From positions 36,464 to 100,463 of the forward strand of contig JAZGAD010000012.1 in assembly GCA_036444275.1 (NCBI GenBank): DNA of 64,000 nt, given 5' to 3'. Shown here in pieces: positions 37,134-47,362 of the stretch (its first letter is position 1; the number at the start of each line of letters is the position of its first letter). A program made the translations under genes and the position numbers. The notes beneath the pieces were generated by a model. That model was given only the letters and a program-made list of their open reading frames with translations, was not told the origin of the DNA and did not search any database. The DNA comes from Candidatus Hydrothermarchaeales archaeon (GTDB lineage: Archaea; Hydrothermarchaeota; Hydrothermarchaeia; Hydrothermarchaeales; JAZGAD01).

Positions 37134-38217
37134 GCTGATCCACGAAGACGAAAAATCAGGGGCAAGAGCTGGAATAATCAATACTAAACATGGGGCGGTT
37201 GAGACACCAGCGTTTATGCCCGTGGCAACAAAGGGAAGCGTGAAGACCTTGAGCTCAGAGGACCTTGCAGATATAGGTGTGCAGGCACTGATAGCTAATG
37301 CCTTCCTTCTCTACCTCAAACCAGGTGTTGGTGTAGTGGAGAACTCAGGTGGGCTCCATGAATTCATGAACTGGCGGAAGGTAATATTCACGGATAGCGG
37401 CGGTTTTCAAATGCTGCGGAAGGATTTTCTGGTCAGGGTTAGCAAAAAGGGCATTACATTCAAGTCCCCCTTTGACAACAGCAGGCATCTGGTCACACCT
37501 GAGAAATGCATACAGGTACAGAATGCTTTAGGTTCAGATGTTGCTATGGTCCTTGACGATCTCCCGCCATATGGAAGCGAGTGTGAACGCACCGCTGAAT
37601 CGGTAAAACGAACTATAGACTGGGCGAAAAGATGCAAAGATGCGCATGGAAGTGAGGAGCAGGGGCTATTCGCAATAGTCCAGGGAGGTGTTTTCGAGGA
37701 TCTTAGACGAGAATGCGCTGGGAAATTAGTTGAGCTGGGTTTCGATGGCTATGGACTTGGGGGACTATCTATCGGGGAGCCGAAGGAAAAAATGTTTGAG
37801 ATTATAGAACGCACACCTTTACCAGTGGAGAAGGCAAGATACCTTATGGGTGTTGGATCGCCAATGGAATTGTTGGAGTCTATCTCCCGGGGCATGGATC
37901 TCTTTGATAGCGCATTTCCAACGAGAAATGCAAGACACAACATGGTATACACAAAGAAAGGTAGGTATGATCTAAGTAGAGGAAAGTATGCTGATGATTT
38001 CACCCCTCTCGAAGAAGATTGTGAGTGTCAAGCTTGCCGCAAGTATACACGGGGGTACATAAGCCATCTCCTCAAGGTGCGAGAGTTCCTGGGCATGCGT
38101 TTGGTGACCGTGCACAACCTCTATTTCCTTCAGAAGCTAATGAAGGATGCTAGGGAAGCGATAATGCGAGATGAATTTGTAGAATTTAAATCTGGACTTA
38201 TAGACAGAGTTGGATGA
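37126..38217 (+). CDS. tgt: Bacterial-type tRNA-guanine(34) transglycosylase
   Basis: TPAFMPVAT, TDSGGFQ, IVQGG, GGLSIGE, YLMGVG, PTRNAR and CxCxxC..H zinc site; 363 aa with no PUA domain. Confidence 0.92.
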   Translation: MYELIHEDEKSGARAGIINTKHGAVETPAFMPVATKGSVKTLSSEDLADIGVQALIANAFLLYLKPGVGVVENSGGLHEFMNWRKVIFTDSGGFQMLRKDFLVRVSKKGITFKSPFDNSRHLVTPEKCIQVQNALGSDVAMVLDDLPPYGSECERTAESVKRTIDWAKRCKDAHGSEEQGLFAIVQGGVFEDLRRECAGKLVELGFDGYGLGGLSIGEPKEKMFEIIERTPLPVEKARYLMGVGSPMELLESISRGMDLFDSAFPTRNARHNMVYTKKGRYDLSRGKYADDFTPLEEDCECQACRKYTRGYISHLLKVREFLGMRLVTVHNLYFLQKLMKDAREAIMRDEFVEFKSGLIDRVG

Positions 38218-38251
38218 TTATCCCCCTTTCTATGAAAGCTGCGAGATGTTT

Positions 38252-38827
38252 TTATGCAGTATGCTTTCGGTAGTAATATCCTCCAAAGAAGAGAAGAATC
38301 ATGAGCACCAAGGAGGTAAAGACGCTCTCCAGTCTAATACCAAATCCAGTTTTATCCAGAGCCAAGCCAAGTAGGGGCACAATTGCTATGCTTAGCCCAA
38401 AGCTGAGGGCAATACGCTCTACCATATCCAGGGTGTCTTCTATCTTAATGACGTTTGGAAAGTTATCTACGAGATCTACTACAACCTTGTTCTCCGGATC
38501 TACAGTGATTCCCAAGTACTCTAGATTCTCGGTTAAAAGGAGGGCCTTAGCATTTGCTAAGATCTCTATTGTCTCAATGTCAGCTGTATAAGGGTCATAG
38601 ATATTTAGGACTATGGAATTCTCCTCTAAAGCAGAGGTAAGACCCTCTGACTCGAAAGACCCCACGGCACATACCTCTGATACATTCTGCTCCTTAAAGG
38701 CTTCAACTACCTCCTTTTGGACATCCTTCTTGCTCTTCGGCCACAACGCTAGAGTCAAAGCGAAGCCAGGAATGAAGAGCACTAGAGCAAAGCCGAAGAT
38801 TATCCTCGCAACCTGTAGGGGATTCAT
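38252..38827 (-). CDS. DUF1616-like membrane protein
   Basis: LVLFIPGFALTLALWP and ERIALSFGLSIAIVPLLGL motifs separated by a soluble insert. Confidence 0.7.
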   Translation of the reverse strand: MNPLQVARIIFGFALVLFIPGFALTLALWPKSKKDVQKEVVEAFKEQNVSEVCAVGSFESEGLTSALEENSIVLNIYDPYTADIETIEILANAKALLLTENLEYLGITVDPENKVVVDLVDNFPNVIKIEDTLDMVERIALSFGLSIAIVPLLGLALDKTGFGIRLESVFTSLVLMILLFFGGYYYRKHTA

Positions 38828-39012
38828 TTAGTAGCACCTTAGGAAATTATATTATATTAGGCTTCTTTTCTCGTTTGCGTTTATACTCGTTGACACATAA
38901 AACTACTTCAGTTTTTAGTGGACCCATAAAGCTCAGGAAACATGCAATGCTAATAGTTTTCTGATGTCTAAGGAGAAATGCATATATGCCTAATTTTGTA
39001 TAGGGGACTGGG

Positions 39013-39618
39013 ATGGGCAGCCGTTGGATGAATGATCGAAAAAGAGAATATTATTACCGAAAGGCCAAAGAGGAGCAGTACCGCTCTAGAGCTGCTTACA
39101 AATTGAAACAGGTGAATAAGCGGTTTGGGCTTATAAAGCAGGGGGATAAAGTCCTTGATCTGGGGGCGGCGCCTGGCGGCTGGATGCAAGTGTTGAGGGA
39201 GATAGTAGGTGACAATGGTTTCGTTCTTGGAGTGGATCTAGAAGAGATTAAACCCTTCGAATATGAAAACATAAAAAGCATTCAAGGGGACTTCACCTCT
39301 GAGGGGGTGCTGGAAGAGATCAAGAAGGCATTGCCCGAGGTAGACGTGATAATATCAGATGCGTCTCCAAGTATTTCAGGTGTGTGGACTATAGACCACT
39401 TAAAGTCTGTGGAACTCTGCGAGAGAGTACTAGAGATAGCAGAGGGGACCCTCAAGCCCAAGGGAAACATGCTACTCAAAATATTCCAAGGGGAAGAGAC
39501 GCGCAGATTCTTTGAGAGCGTAGCAAAAAGGTTCAGCCGAGTCAAAAGGACAAAACCAGAAGCGTCTAGGGGAAAGAGCGCTGAAATGTACATTGTTGCC
39601 AAGGGCAAAATTGCGTAG
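39013..39618 (+). CDS. rlmE: 23S rRNA U2552 2'-O-methyltransferase (FtsJ/RrmJ)
   Basis: YRSRAAYKL, DLGAAPGGW and KPEASR..SAE.Y motifs. Confidence 0.95.
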   Translation: MGSRWMNDRKREYYYRKAKEEQYRSRAAYKLKQVNKRFGLIKQGDKVLDLGAAPGGWMQVLREIVGDNGFVLGVDLEEIKPFEYENIKSIQGDFTSEGVLEEIKKALPEVDVIISDASPSISGVWTIDHLKSVELCERVLEIAEGTLKPKGNMLLKIFQGEETRRFFESVAKRFSRVKRTKPEASRGKSAEMYIVAKGKIA

Positions 39619-39671
39619 ATAAGATAGAAGTATGGAATAGCTGTTATACTTAGATCGAGAAAAAGTCTAAT

Positions 39672-41858
39672 CTAGCCCATGTATACGAGCTTCTCCAGTT
39701 CCTTTGATTCGAACCTGGATAGGAATTTTTCATAGGTTTCCATGACATCCTTGGTGACGCTGGGATGTACCCTCTTCAGAGCTTCCTCGAAGTGCGCACT
39801 CGTTACCTTTTTTGAGTCCATATTCGCACCGTTATTTAGAGCTTCCCTTATAGCGTGGAGCCCTGATTCTCTACACAGGGCTTCTATGTCTGCACCAACA
39901 TAATCCTTGGTCTGCCTCACCAGCGTATCCAAGTCCACATCCTTGCTAAGGGGCATATCGACAGTATGTACCTTGAAGATCTCGCCTCTAGCTTCAGTGT
40001 CGGGCGACGGTACCAAAAGGACCTTATCAAACCTACCCGGGCGCAGCAGAGCTGAATCCAATAGGTCCGGCCTATTCGTGGCTGCTATGACCACAACGTT
40101 ATGAAGCTCCTCTATGCCGTCCATCTCGATCAAGAGCTGGTTCAAAACACGCTCCCCCACCCTGCTTCCAACCTCGACACCACGCATAGAAGAGATAGAG
40201 TCTATTTCGTCGAAGAATATTACGGTGGGAGCAGCCTGCTTCGCAATCTTGAAGATCTGGCGCATCGCCTTCTCACTCTCGCCTACCCATTTACTCAACA
40301 GCTCGGGACCTTTGACAGAGATGAAGTTGGCTTCACTCTCATTCGCTACAGCCTTAGCAAGTAGGGTCTTACCACACCCAGGAGGTCCAAAGAGGAGGAC
40401 TCCTCTCGGTGGAGTTATGCCCATCTTAATGAATGCCTGGGGATGCGTGATAGGCCACTCCACTGTCTCTACTAGCTCTCGTTTTACATCCTTGAGGCCG
40501 CCAACGTCTTCCCACCTCACGTTTGGAATCTCTACGAATACCTCTCTCAAAGCAGAGGGCTCTACCATCTTATATGCCTCCATGAAATCGCCCTTCACCA
40601 CTTGTAAGTTTTCAAGAATGTCAGGGGGGATGATCTCTTCCTTCAGGTTGATCCTAGGTAAGACTTTCCTCAATGCACCCATGGCAGCCTCTTTGCAGAG
40701 GGACTCTAGGTCTGCGCCTACGAATCCGTGGGTTATGTCTGCGAGTTCGTCTAGGTTTACGTCGTCTGATAGTGGCATGCCCCGTGTATGTATCTGGAGT
40801 ACCTCTTTCCTGCCATTCCTATCAGGTACACCTATTACTATCTCTCTGTCAAATCTGCCAGGACGGCGAAGTGCAGGATCGAGGGCGTCAGGCCTGTTTG
40901 TAGCACCGATCACGATAACCTTGCCGCGTCCCTTCAAACCATCCATCAAGGCAAGGAGCTGAGCAACAACGCGGCGCTCAACCTCACCATGCACCTCCTC
41001 ACGTTTAGGCGCAATAGCATCAATCTCATCAATGAAAATTATACTCGGAGCATTAGTCTCAGCCTCCTTAAACATTCTTCGAAACCTCTCCTCGCTCTCA
41101 CCATAGAACTTGCTCATTATCTCAGGACCGTTTAGAGGTATGAAATAGGCGTTGGTCTCGTTGGCAACTGCTTTTGCTATCAGGGTCTTTCCAGTGCCAG
41201 GCGGGCCATGAAGGAGCACACCTTTAGGAGGTTCTATGCCAAGTTTGACAAATAATTCGGGATGCTTCATAGGAAGCTCGATAATCTCCCTAATCTTCTG
41301 AACCTCTTCCTTCAAACCACCTATATCCTCGTAAGCCACACTGGATATGCCGCCCATTTCAGCTTTCAGAGGCTCCTCCTTCACCACTATCTCTGTGTAG
41401 TCTGTGATACGGGTTATTTTAGGGGGGAGTGTCTGGATAACAGCGAAATGAAGTGTCGTACCTAAAACTCCCACAACAAGCTTATCCCCTGTTACAATGG
41501 GCCTGCCTAAGAGCCTGCGCTTGACGAAATCCCCAAAACCCGAAGAGAACCTTATAGATTTAGCTGGTGACAGTACAACCTTTTTAGCGTCACTCACATT
41601 GGCTTTCTTCAGCCTTACCTTATCGCCGAGGGATATCTCTGCGTTCTGACGGATGATGCCGTCCATCCTTATAACTCCTAGGCCCTCATCCTCGGAATAT
41701 GCACGCCAGACTATCGCGCCAGTGGATTTTTTGCCTAGGACCTCTGCCACATCGCCTGGAGACATCCCAAGCTTATCCCTGGTCTTGGTATCTATCCTGA
41801 CTATGCCCCTCCCGACATCGTTCTGGAGGGCTTCCGCAACTTTCAGCTCCAATTCCAT
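39672..41858 (-). CDS. cdc48: CDC48/VAT AAA+ ATPase
   Basis: N-domain plus two AAA modules ([26 protein letters not shown]). Confidence 0.96.
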   Translation of the reverse strand: MELELKVAEALQNDVGRGIVRIDTKTRDKLGMSPGDVAEVLGKKSTGAIVWRAYSEDEGLGVIRMDGIIRQNAEISLGDKVRLKKANVSDAKKVVLSPAKSIRFSSGFGDFVKRRLLGRPIVTGDKLVVGVLGTTLHFAVIQTLPPKITRITDYTEIVVKEEPLKAEMGGISSVAYEDIGGLKEEVQKIREIIELPMKHPELFVKLGIEPPKGVLLHGPPGTGKTLIAKAVANETNAYFIPLNGPEIMSKFYGESEERFRRMFKEAETNAPSIIFIDEIDAIAPKREEVHGEVERRVVAQLLALMDGLKGRGKVIVIGATNRPDALDPALRRPGRFDREIVIGVPDRNGRKEVLQIHTRGMPLSDDVNLDELADITHGFVGADLESLCKEAAMGALRKVLPRINLKEEIIPPDILENLQVVKGDFMEAYKMVEPSALREVFVEIPNVRWEDVGGLKDVKRELVETVEWPITHPQAFIKMGITPPRGVLLFGPPGCGKTLLAKAVANESEANFISVKGPELLSKWVGESEKAMRQIFKIAKQAAPTVIFFDEIDSISSMRGVEVGSRVGERVLNQLLIEMDGIEELHNVVVIAATNRPDLLDSALLRPGRFDKVLLVPSPDTEARGEIFKVHTVDMPLSKDVDLDTLVRQTKDYVGADIEALCRESGLHAIREALNNGANMDSKKVTSAHFEEALKRVHPSVTKDVMETYEKFLSRFESKELEKLVYMG

Positions 41859-41925
41859 GATAGTATAGCTCCAATTATATAGTATATATTTGAAAGAATG
41901 CCTATAAATAAATAAGGGGGATAGG

Positions 41926-42408
41926 CTACTCCACCTTTATTGTCTTCATAGCTACCTCCTCCGTAGGTAGCGTAATCTCCAGCACGCCGTTATTGTAAGT
42001 GGCTTTAGCCTTGGTGGAATCAACAGTAGCTGGTAGAGGAATCGTTCTATAGAATCTGGAGTATCTCCTCTCCCTCCGTATGTATCCCTGCTCTTCTCTA
42101 GCCTCTTCCGTCTCCTCTTTTCTGTCTGCAGATATCTCTATGCCGCCGTCGATGGCGTGTATCTTAATATCCTCCTTTTTTGTTCCAAGCAGCTCCACTA
42201 GGACTACAACTTCCTTCTGCTTTTTGTCCACTATAACATCCACTAGAGGCTCTTCGAAGTCGTATTCAGATTTTCTCCAGTGTTCTGGTGCGGTGATGTC
42301 AAAATCTTTGGACTCAATCTCGTCCTCAGGGAATATGGAATCCAAGTTCAATGCTCTAAAGATCCTTTGGAACGTTTCATTTATCTCATCAAAGTCGTCG
42401 ATGTTCAT
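41926..42408 (-). CDS. Small heat-shock protein (Hsp20)
   Basis: EPLVDV, RRERRY..FYR.I.LP and [13 protein letters not shown] motifs; start trimmed to 42408. Confidence 0.93.
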   Translation of the reverse strand: MNIDDFDEINETFQRIFRALNLDSIFPEDEIESKDFDITAPEHWRKSEYDFEEPLVDVIVDKKQKEVVVLVELLGTKKEDIKIHAIDGGIEISADRKEETEEAREEQGYIRRERRYSRFYRTIPLPATVDSTKAKATYNNGVLEITLPTEEVAMKTIKVE

Positions 42409-42442
42409 ACTACGGTCATCAATAGATAACAAGGTTAAATAT

Positions 42443-42466
42443 TTTAGTAACCTAAGGTAACTTTAA
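42443..42466. promoter_or_regulatory. Phr-like operator upstream of hsp20
   Basis: TTTAgtaACctaagGTaActttaa versus the recalled Phr consensus TTTAnnnACnnnnnGTnAnnAAAA; abuts the TATA box. Confidence 0.7.
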
Positions 42467-42594
42467 TGAAATTATTTATTTCCCCCCCGCTGTATTCCAA
42501 AAATAAATACCGCGGCAGAGTTCTTTGCAACCTGCTTTGCCCCTCCTAGACCCAAATAGATATCAGTGAGCATAGCTATCTTCATCGGAAATCC

Positions 42595-43365
42595 CTAATG
42601 CGTTAGATCCTCTCCCCCCATAAATACCTGCTGCGCGGAGTTATAAAGGTCTTCCATACCCCAGTTGGAATTAGAAGATATAGGGATTAAAGTTTTATAG
42701 GCGCCCAGGTTCTCCAGGATTCTAAGGGACTCGAAGTTCACTTCCCTCTCCAAGCCGGACTTTTCTTTTAAGAGTGCTTCTTCTAATTCTACGGCGTCCT
42801 TTCCCCAGGTTAGGATCCTATTAAGTTCCTCTTCCGTTAACATGTCTGTCTTAGAGAGGATATTAGTAAAGGGTAGTGGGAACCTAAATTGAACTGATGC
42901 ACCAAGCATAAGGAGAGAGGTGAAACCCAGAGAGCTCTTGGATAGGACGGGATCATATAGAAAGGCTATCATGGACCTATTAGCCCCCAATATCTGTACT
43001 GCGGTGCGGCTTGATTCTCGATAGGCGAAAAGCTCTATCTGACCAGGAGTATCAATCAACACATAATCTGTTTTAAAATCCTCTATGGCTTCCTTGATCT
43101 CTCGGGCCTTCAAGCCCAGCATGTCAGCGCACATCACTTGGGCGCCATTTGGGCCTAGACTATAGCGATCCATAACCTCAGATAAGCTGATCCAATCGCG
43201 GACATCTACATCCGCGGGATAGGGTATGCGTTCAGCACCTGGGTCAAGGTTCACTGTTATGGCGTCGTAACCCTGTTGCTGCATCCATAACTGGAATGCA
43301 TTGGTCAACGTGCTCTTTCCACTTCCAGCGGTACCCACGAAATATATGTTGGTTGTCTCGTCCAT
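42595..43365 (-). CDS. GPN-loop GTPase
   Basis: GTAGSGKST, NLDPG, LGPNGA and DTPGQIE motifs; real start is ATG at 43365. Confidence 0.93.
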   Translation of the reverse strand: MDETTNIYFVGTAGSGKSTLTNAFQLWMQQQGYDAITVNLDPGAERIPYPADVDVRDWISLSEVMDRYSLGPNGAQVMCADMLGLKAREIKEAIEDFKTDYVLIDTPGQIELFAYRESSRTAVQILGANRSMIAFLYDPVLSKSSLGFTSLLMLGASVQFRFPLPFTNILSKTDMLTEEELNRILTWGKDAVELEEALLKEKSGLEREVNFESLRILENLGAYKTLIPISSNSNWGMEDLYNSAQQVFMGGEDLTH

Positions 43366-43387
43366 AATAAAAAAAGGAAGGAGGGGA

Positions 43388-45058
43388 TTAAAACTCCCCG
43401 CCCATACCACCCATACCACCCATACCCCCGCCAGGCATTGGGGGTGCGCCTCCACCTCCACCTCCACCTCCACCTAGCCCGCTTGCAGCGATGACATCGT
43501 CTATTCTAAGAATCATTACTGCTACCTCGCTGGCACTATCTATGGCCTGTGTCTTCACCTTAAGTGGCTCCACGACGCCTTCTTTCAACATGTCCTTGAC
43601 CTTTCCCTGGTAGACATCCAAGCCGAAGCGATGGCCGTCCTTTTGATGCTTAGCTCTGAGCGCCACTATCATATCTATTGGATCAAGGCCAGCGTTCTCA
43701 GCTAATGCTCTAGGGATAACTTCCATGGAGTCAGCAAAGGCTTCGATGGCGAGCTGTTCTCTCCCACCGATGGTCTTGGCATACTCCCTGAGTCCCTTTG
43801 CTACCTCTACTTCTGGAGCTCCGCCTCCTGCTACCACGCGTTTGTCCCGCATTGCAGCTGGTACAACGCCAAGACAGTCCTCGATGCTGCGCTCCACTTC
43901 ATCTACGATGTGTTCACTTCCACCTCTGATGAGGATGCTCACACTCTTGGGGTCCTTGCAGTCCTTTACGAAGGTCATTTCATCATCGCCGATCTTGAGC
44001 TCCTCAACGACTCCAGCTGCTCCCAGGTCTTTAGCGCTTAGATCATCGATGTTACTCACTATGCTAGCACCAGTAGCCCTCGACAGCTTCTCCATGTCGC
44101 TCTTCTTCACTCTCCGTACTACGTAGACATCCGCTTTGGCAAGGTAGTGCTGGGCCAAATCGTCTAGGCCCTTCTGGCAGAACAGCACAGTAGCCCCGCT
44201 CTCCGTTATCTTATTCACCATCTTCTTGAGCATGCGCTCTTCTTCGTCTAGGAAGGCCTGCATCTGCTGTGGCTCCGTAATGCGTATCTCAGCATCAAAC
44301 TCAGTCTTCTCCACCTCTAAAGCAGTGTTCAGGAGAGCTATCTTGGCCTTCTCCACTTTCCTAGGCATTCCAGAGTGAACACGCTCCTTGTCTATCACCA
44401 CGCCCTGAATCAAGTCAGTATCTTCGATTCCGCCCCCAGTCTTTTTCTCCACCTGGATATCGTCGGTGTCTATTAAGACTTGGTCATCTTCCACTTCAGC
44501 AATTGCTTTCACAGCTTTGACCACGAGGTCAGCGAGATATTCCTTGGAGCTTTCAGCCCCTTTACCAGTCATGGCAGTCATAGCCACTTTCCTAAGCATG
44601 TCCTCATCATCAAGAGTGATCTCCACACTAGTTTCCTTCAGAATCTCTTTCGCTTTTTCTGCGGCGAGGCGATATCCACTGGCCACTACCGTTGAATGCA
44701 CTTCTTGGTCTAACAGGTCTTCTGCGCGCTTCAAAAGCTCGCCTGCTAGCACAACGGCAGTAGTAGTGCCGTCTCCTACCTCGTCGTCTTGGGTCTTCGC
44801 GACCTCTACCATCATCTTCGCCGCGGGATGCTCCACATCCATCTCCTTCAGGATCGCGACACCATCATTCGTGACGACTACATCACCAAGATTATCGACA
44901 AGCATCTTATCCATACCCCTAGGACCCAGCGTCGTCTTGACGCTCTCGGCTATTACTCTAGCCGCTAAAATATTCATTCTCTGGGCGTCCCTGCCCTTAG
45001 TGCGCTGAGTTTTCTCAGACAATATCAGAATGGGTTGCCCACCCATTTGCGCTGCCAT
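43388..45058 (-). CDS. ths: Thermosome (group II chaperonin) subunit
   Basis: [24 protein letters not shown] and LRIDD motifs; GGM tail. Confidence 0.97.
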   Translation of the reverse strand: MAAQMGGQPILILSEKTQRTKGRDAQRMNILAARVIAESVKTTLGPRGMDKMLVDNLGDVVVTNDGVAILKEMDVEHPAAKMMVEVAKTQDDEVGDGTTTAVVLAGELLKRAEDLLDQEVHSTVVASGYRLAAEKAKEILKETSVEITLDDEDMLRKVAMTAMTGKGAESSKEYLADLVVKAVKAIAEVEDDQVLIDTDDIQVEKKTGGGIEDTDLIQGVVIDKERVHSGMPRKVEKAKIALLNTALEVEKTEFDAEIRITEPQQMQAFLDEEERMLKKMVNKITESGATVLFCQKGLDDLAQHYLAKADVYVVRRVKKSDMEKLSRATGASIVSNIDDLSAKDLGAAGVVEELKIGDDEMTFVKDCKDPKSVSILIRGGSEHIVDEVERSIEDCLGVVPAAMRDKRVVAGGGAPEVEVAKGLREYAKTIGGREQLAIEAFADSMEVIPRALAENAGLDPIDMIVALRAKHQKDGHRFGLDVYQGKVKDMLKEGVVEPLKVKTQAIDSASEVAVMILRIDDVIAASGLGGGGGGGGGAPPMPGGGMGGMGGMGGEF

Positions 45059-45143
45059 AGTACACTCACCTCCAAATTCTAATGGTATATTTTAATTTTT
45101 TTATTTATAAAAGCACCTACACCTATGTAACATGTTAAATACT

Positions 45144-45167
45144 TTTAGTAACGAAAAGTAAGTAAAG
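45144..45167. promoter_or_regulatory. Phr-like operator in the ths/phr divergent promoter
   Basis: TTTAgtaACgaaaaGTaAgtAAAG is a near-perfect consensus match; a weaker copy lies at 45217-45240. Confidence 0.75.
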
Positions 45168-45267
45168 AAGAACTTTAAATTCTTTCGTCACTCTGCTTCA
45201 AAAGTACTACTAGGATTTTAGTAACAAAATGTATTTTTTTTACATCGTTAAATTTCAAGTCTAGGAC

Positions 45268-45789
45268 ATGAGGCTCGATGAGATTCTTGATATGCTTGGG
45301 AACGAGACTCGGAGGGAGATTCTTCAGCTTTTGTCTGAGAGGCCCTGTTATATCACCGAACTCTCTCAGGAACTGAACGTAGGCCAGAAGGCCGTCATAG
45401 AGCACCTAGAGCTCATGCGCCAGGCCGGTATGCTTAGAGCCGAGTCCAAGAAGATTGAGAAAGGTAGGCCCAGGAAGTACTACGGCATCACTCAAGCCCT
45501 TATACTGGAGATACGGATAGGGCAAGACTCCTTCGACATCGCTAGTGTAGTGCCAGGGATAGATGAAGAGATCTTGGAATCCATGCCCAACCTCAAGCTC
45601 GTAACACAGAGACTGGAGGATGCCACTAACTTAGAAGGCAAGCAGAAGATAATGGAGCTGGAACTGGCCTATGAAGAACTCCAAGACGAAGAGATGAAAC
45701 TTGTTGAGGCTAAAAAGATAATAGAGTATCTCTTGGGAGAGATAAAAAACGAGCTAAAGAAAGAGGCTTATACGTCAGCCTTCTTCTAA
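45268..45789 (+). CDS. phr: Heat-shock repressor Phr (ArsR-type wHTH)
   Basis: LGNETRREIL.LL..RP.Y..ELS.EL.VGQKAV.EHL and GRPRKYY closely follow Thermococcales Phr; heat-shock context. Confidence 0.85.
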   Translation: MRLDEILDMLGNETRREILQLLSERPCYITELSQELNVGQKAVIEHLELMRQAGMLRAESKKIEKGRPRKYYGITQALILEIRIGQDSFDIASVVPGIDEEILESMPNLKLVTQRLEDATNLEGKQKIMELELAYEELQDEEMKLVEAKKIIEYLLGEIKNELKKEAYTSAFF

Positions 45790-45917
45790 CCTACCTCCGG
45801 TGGCTCTGTGACTGTATCTGCCCTTTTCTTGAATCCACTGCGCATCCGCTCATAGTTCCTCATTACGCCCGGTTGCACTGAAGACCTGGTCCTCCCACAT
45901 GGATATATCAATCAATG

Positions 45918-47138
45918 TTATCCCCATTTCTCAAGTGCCAATCTCAATTCATCGTGTGCCTCGGCATACTCTGTTAAGGGGATATCTTCTAAGGCCGCTT
46001 CGACCGCCTGTCTCAATGCTTTAGCTCCAGCAACCGTGCCCTTGGGATGTCCATGTACGCCACCCCCCGATTGGATCACAAAATCCCTGCCAAATATCTC
46101 CCGCAATTGCGGTACCAACCCCGGGTAAAGCCCTCCAGAAGCTACCGGCAAAACAGGCTTCATACCCGGCATATCGCCGCGTAAGGCATCGCAATTTTGA
46201 AGGACCTCCTCTTTACTTTCGAACATCTTCCCTACCCCGGTGCCGACATGCAGTTGATCTAGGCCTATAATCCTCACTAGTTTTGAAATAACCCTCATCG
46301 CTATACCGTGCTTTGGGTTCTTAGTGAAAGCAGCATGCCCAGCTCGATGAGCATGATACACAAGCTCGAAATCTTGATCACGAAGGGACTGTAAGGAGGA
46401 GAAACCGCATGTAAGAACGTCCACCATGGCATACTCGCCTCCATGGTCCACTACCTCCTGTGCTCTTTTCACCATCTCATCGCTCGTCGCTGTTATGTTT
46501 ACCATGTAGACCTTCCGCTCACCGGTCTTAGTTTCAGCTTTATCCCTTGCCTTGAGGGTTTCAATCAGCCTGCGTGAGAATGGATTAAAAGCCTGATCCC
46601 CAAGGTTTTCATCGTCCTTGACTACGTCACAGCCCCCCAGCCATGCCTCGTAAGCGACTCTAGCGTGGTCCTCTGTCTTAAGACCCAACTTGGGCTTGAT
46701 TATAGTGCCCACTAGGGGCCTATCCCTTACTCCAAGTAGGCCCCTAATGCCGCTAATGCCATATTTCGGTCCCTTGAAGCTCGCTAGGAGCTTTTCAGGC
46801 AGGGTGATATCCTCCAGCCTTAGGTTCTGTAAGGCTGCTAGCCCAAAGACGTTTCCAGCGACACTACTCAATAAGTTAGGAATACTTCCAGTCTCAAAGA
46901 GTTCAGCAGGATATGCAATCTTTACCTGGTTGCCCTGTATGCTGAAGACCTTGGCATGGAGTTCTTCTACGTAGGGCGTCGTCGTGGTTAGTTCAGTCCA
47001 TGTGCCTATCGAGCTTTCTGCTGCTACCCCACCAGCAGCCTCTTCTAAGCTTATACCCAAAGGCTCCAAATAGAAGTCGCATATAAGGTCTTCTTCCCCG
47101 GGCTCGTAGTCCAGTTCTACGTAGTCTATATATCTCAC
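45918..47138 (-). CDS. rbcL: RuBisCO large subunit, form III
   Basis: AAESSIGTWT, GTIIKPKLGL, GGCDVVKDDE, HAHRAGH, ASGGL and GGGVHGHP motifs. Confidence 0.95.
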   Translation of the reverse strand: MRYIDYVELDYEPGEEDLICDFYLEPLGISLEEAAGGVAAESSIGTWTELTTTTPYVEELHAKVFSIQGNQVKIAYPAELFETGSIPNLLSSVAGNVFGLAALQNLRLEDITLPEKLLASFKGPKYGISGIRGLLGVRDRPLVGTIIKPKLGLKTEDHARVAYEAWLGGCDVVKDDENLGDQAFNPFSRRLIETLKARDKAETKTGERKVYMVNITATSDEMVKRAQEVVDHGGEYAMVDVLTCGFSSLQSLRDQDFELVYHAHRAGHAAFTKNPKHGIAMRVISKLVRIIGLDQLHVGTGVGKMFESKEEVLQNCDALRGDMPGMKPVLPVASGGLYPGLVPQLREIFGRDFVIQSGGGVHGHPKGTVAGAKALRQAVEAALEDIPLTEYAEAHDELRLALEKWG

Positions 47139-47362
47139 AGATATTTATTGTCGTCAAAAGTATTTCAAGTTTTCAGTCAAAAATCAATGATTAAATGGTT
47201 ACTCTGCTGGTTGGCAATTGCCAGTCCATCCTGGCAACAAGGACCAATCGTGGCAATTAGGCTCTACAGTTGATGGTAGACGGAGTAATACACCCTATTA
47301 TTAGTAGTCATAACAGGCACAAAAATGGAAACTTGTTTATAACACTAATCACTACTTTTTAG

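Noticed and set aside
43366-43473. N-terminal extension of the GPN GTPase and the (CCACCT)n / (CCCATACCA)n repeats
   Set aside because: These encode the ordinary Gly/GGM tail of the thermosome; GPN starts at 43365.
45918-47138. RuBisCO as evidence of a Calvin cycle or as a RuBisCO-like protein for methionine salvage with mtnA
   Set aside because: Intact catalytic motifs indicate form III, which is common in archaea for nucleoside salvage; there is no phosphoribulokinase or small subunit in the window.
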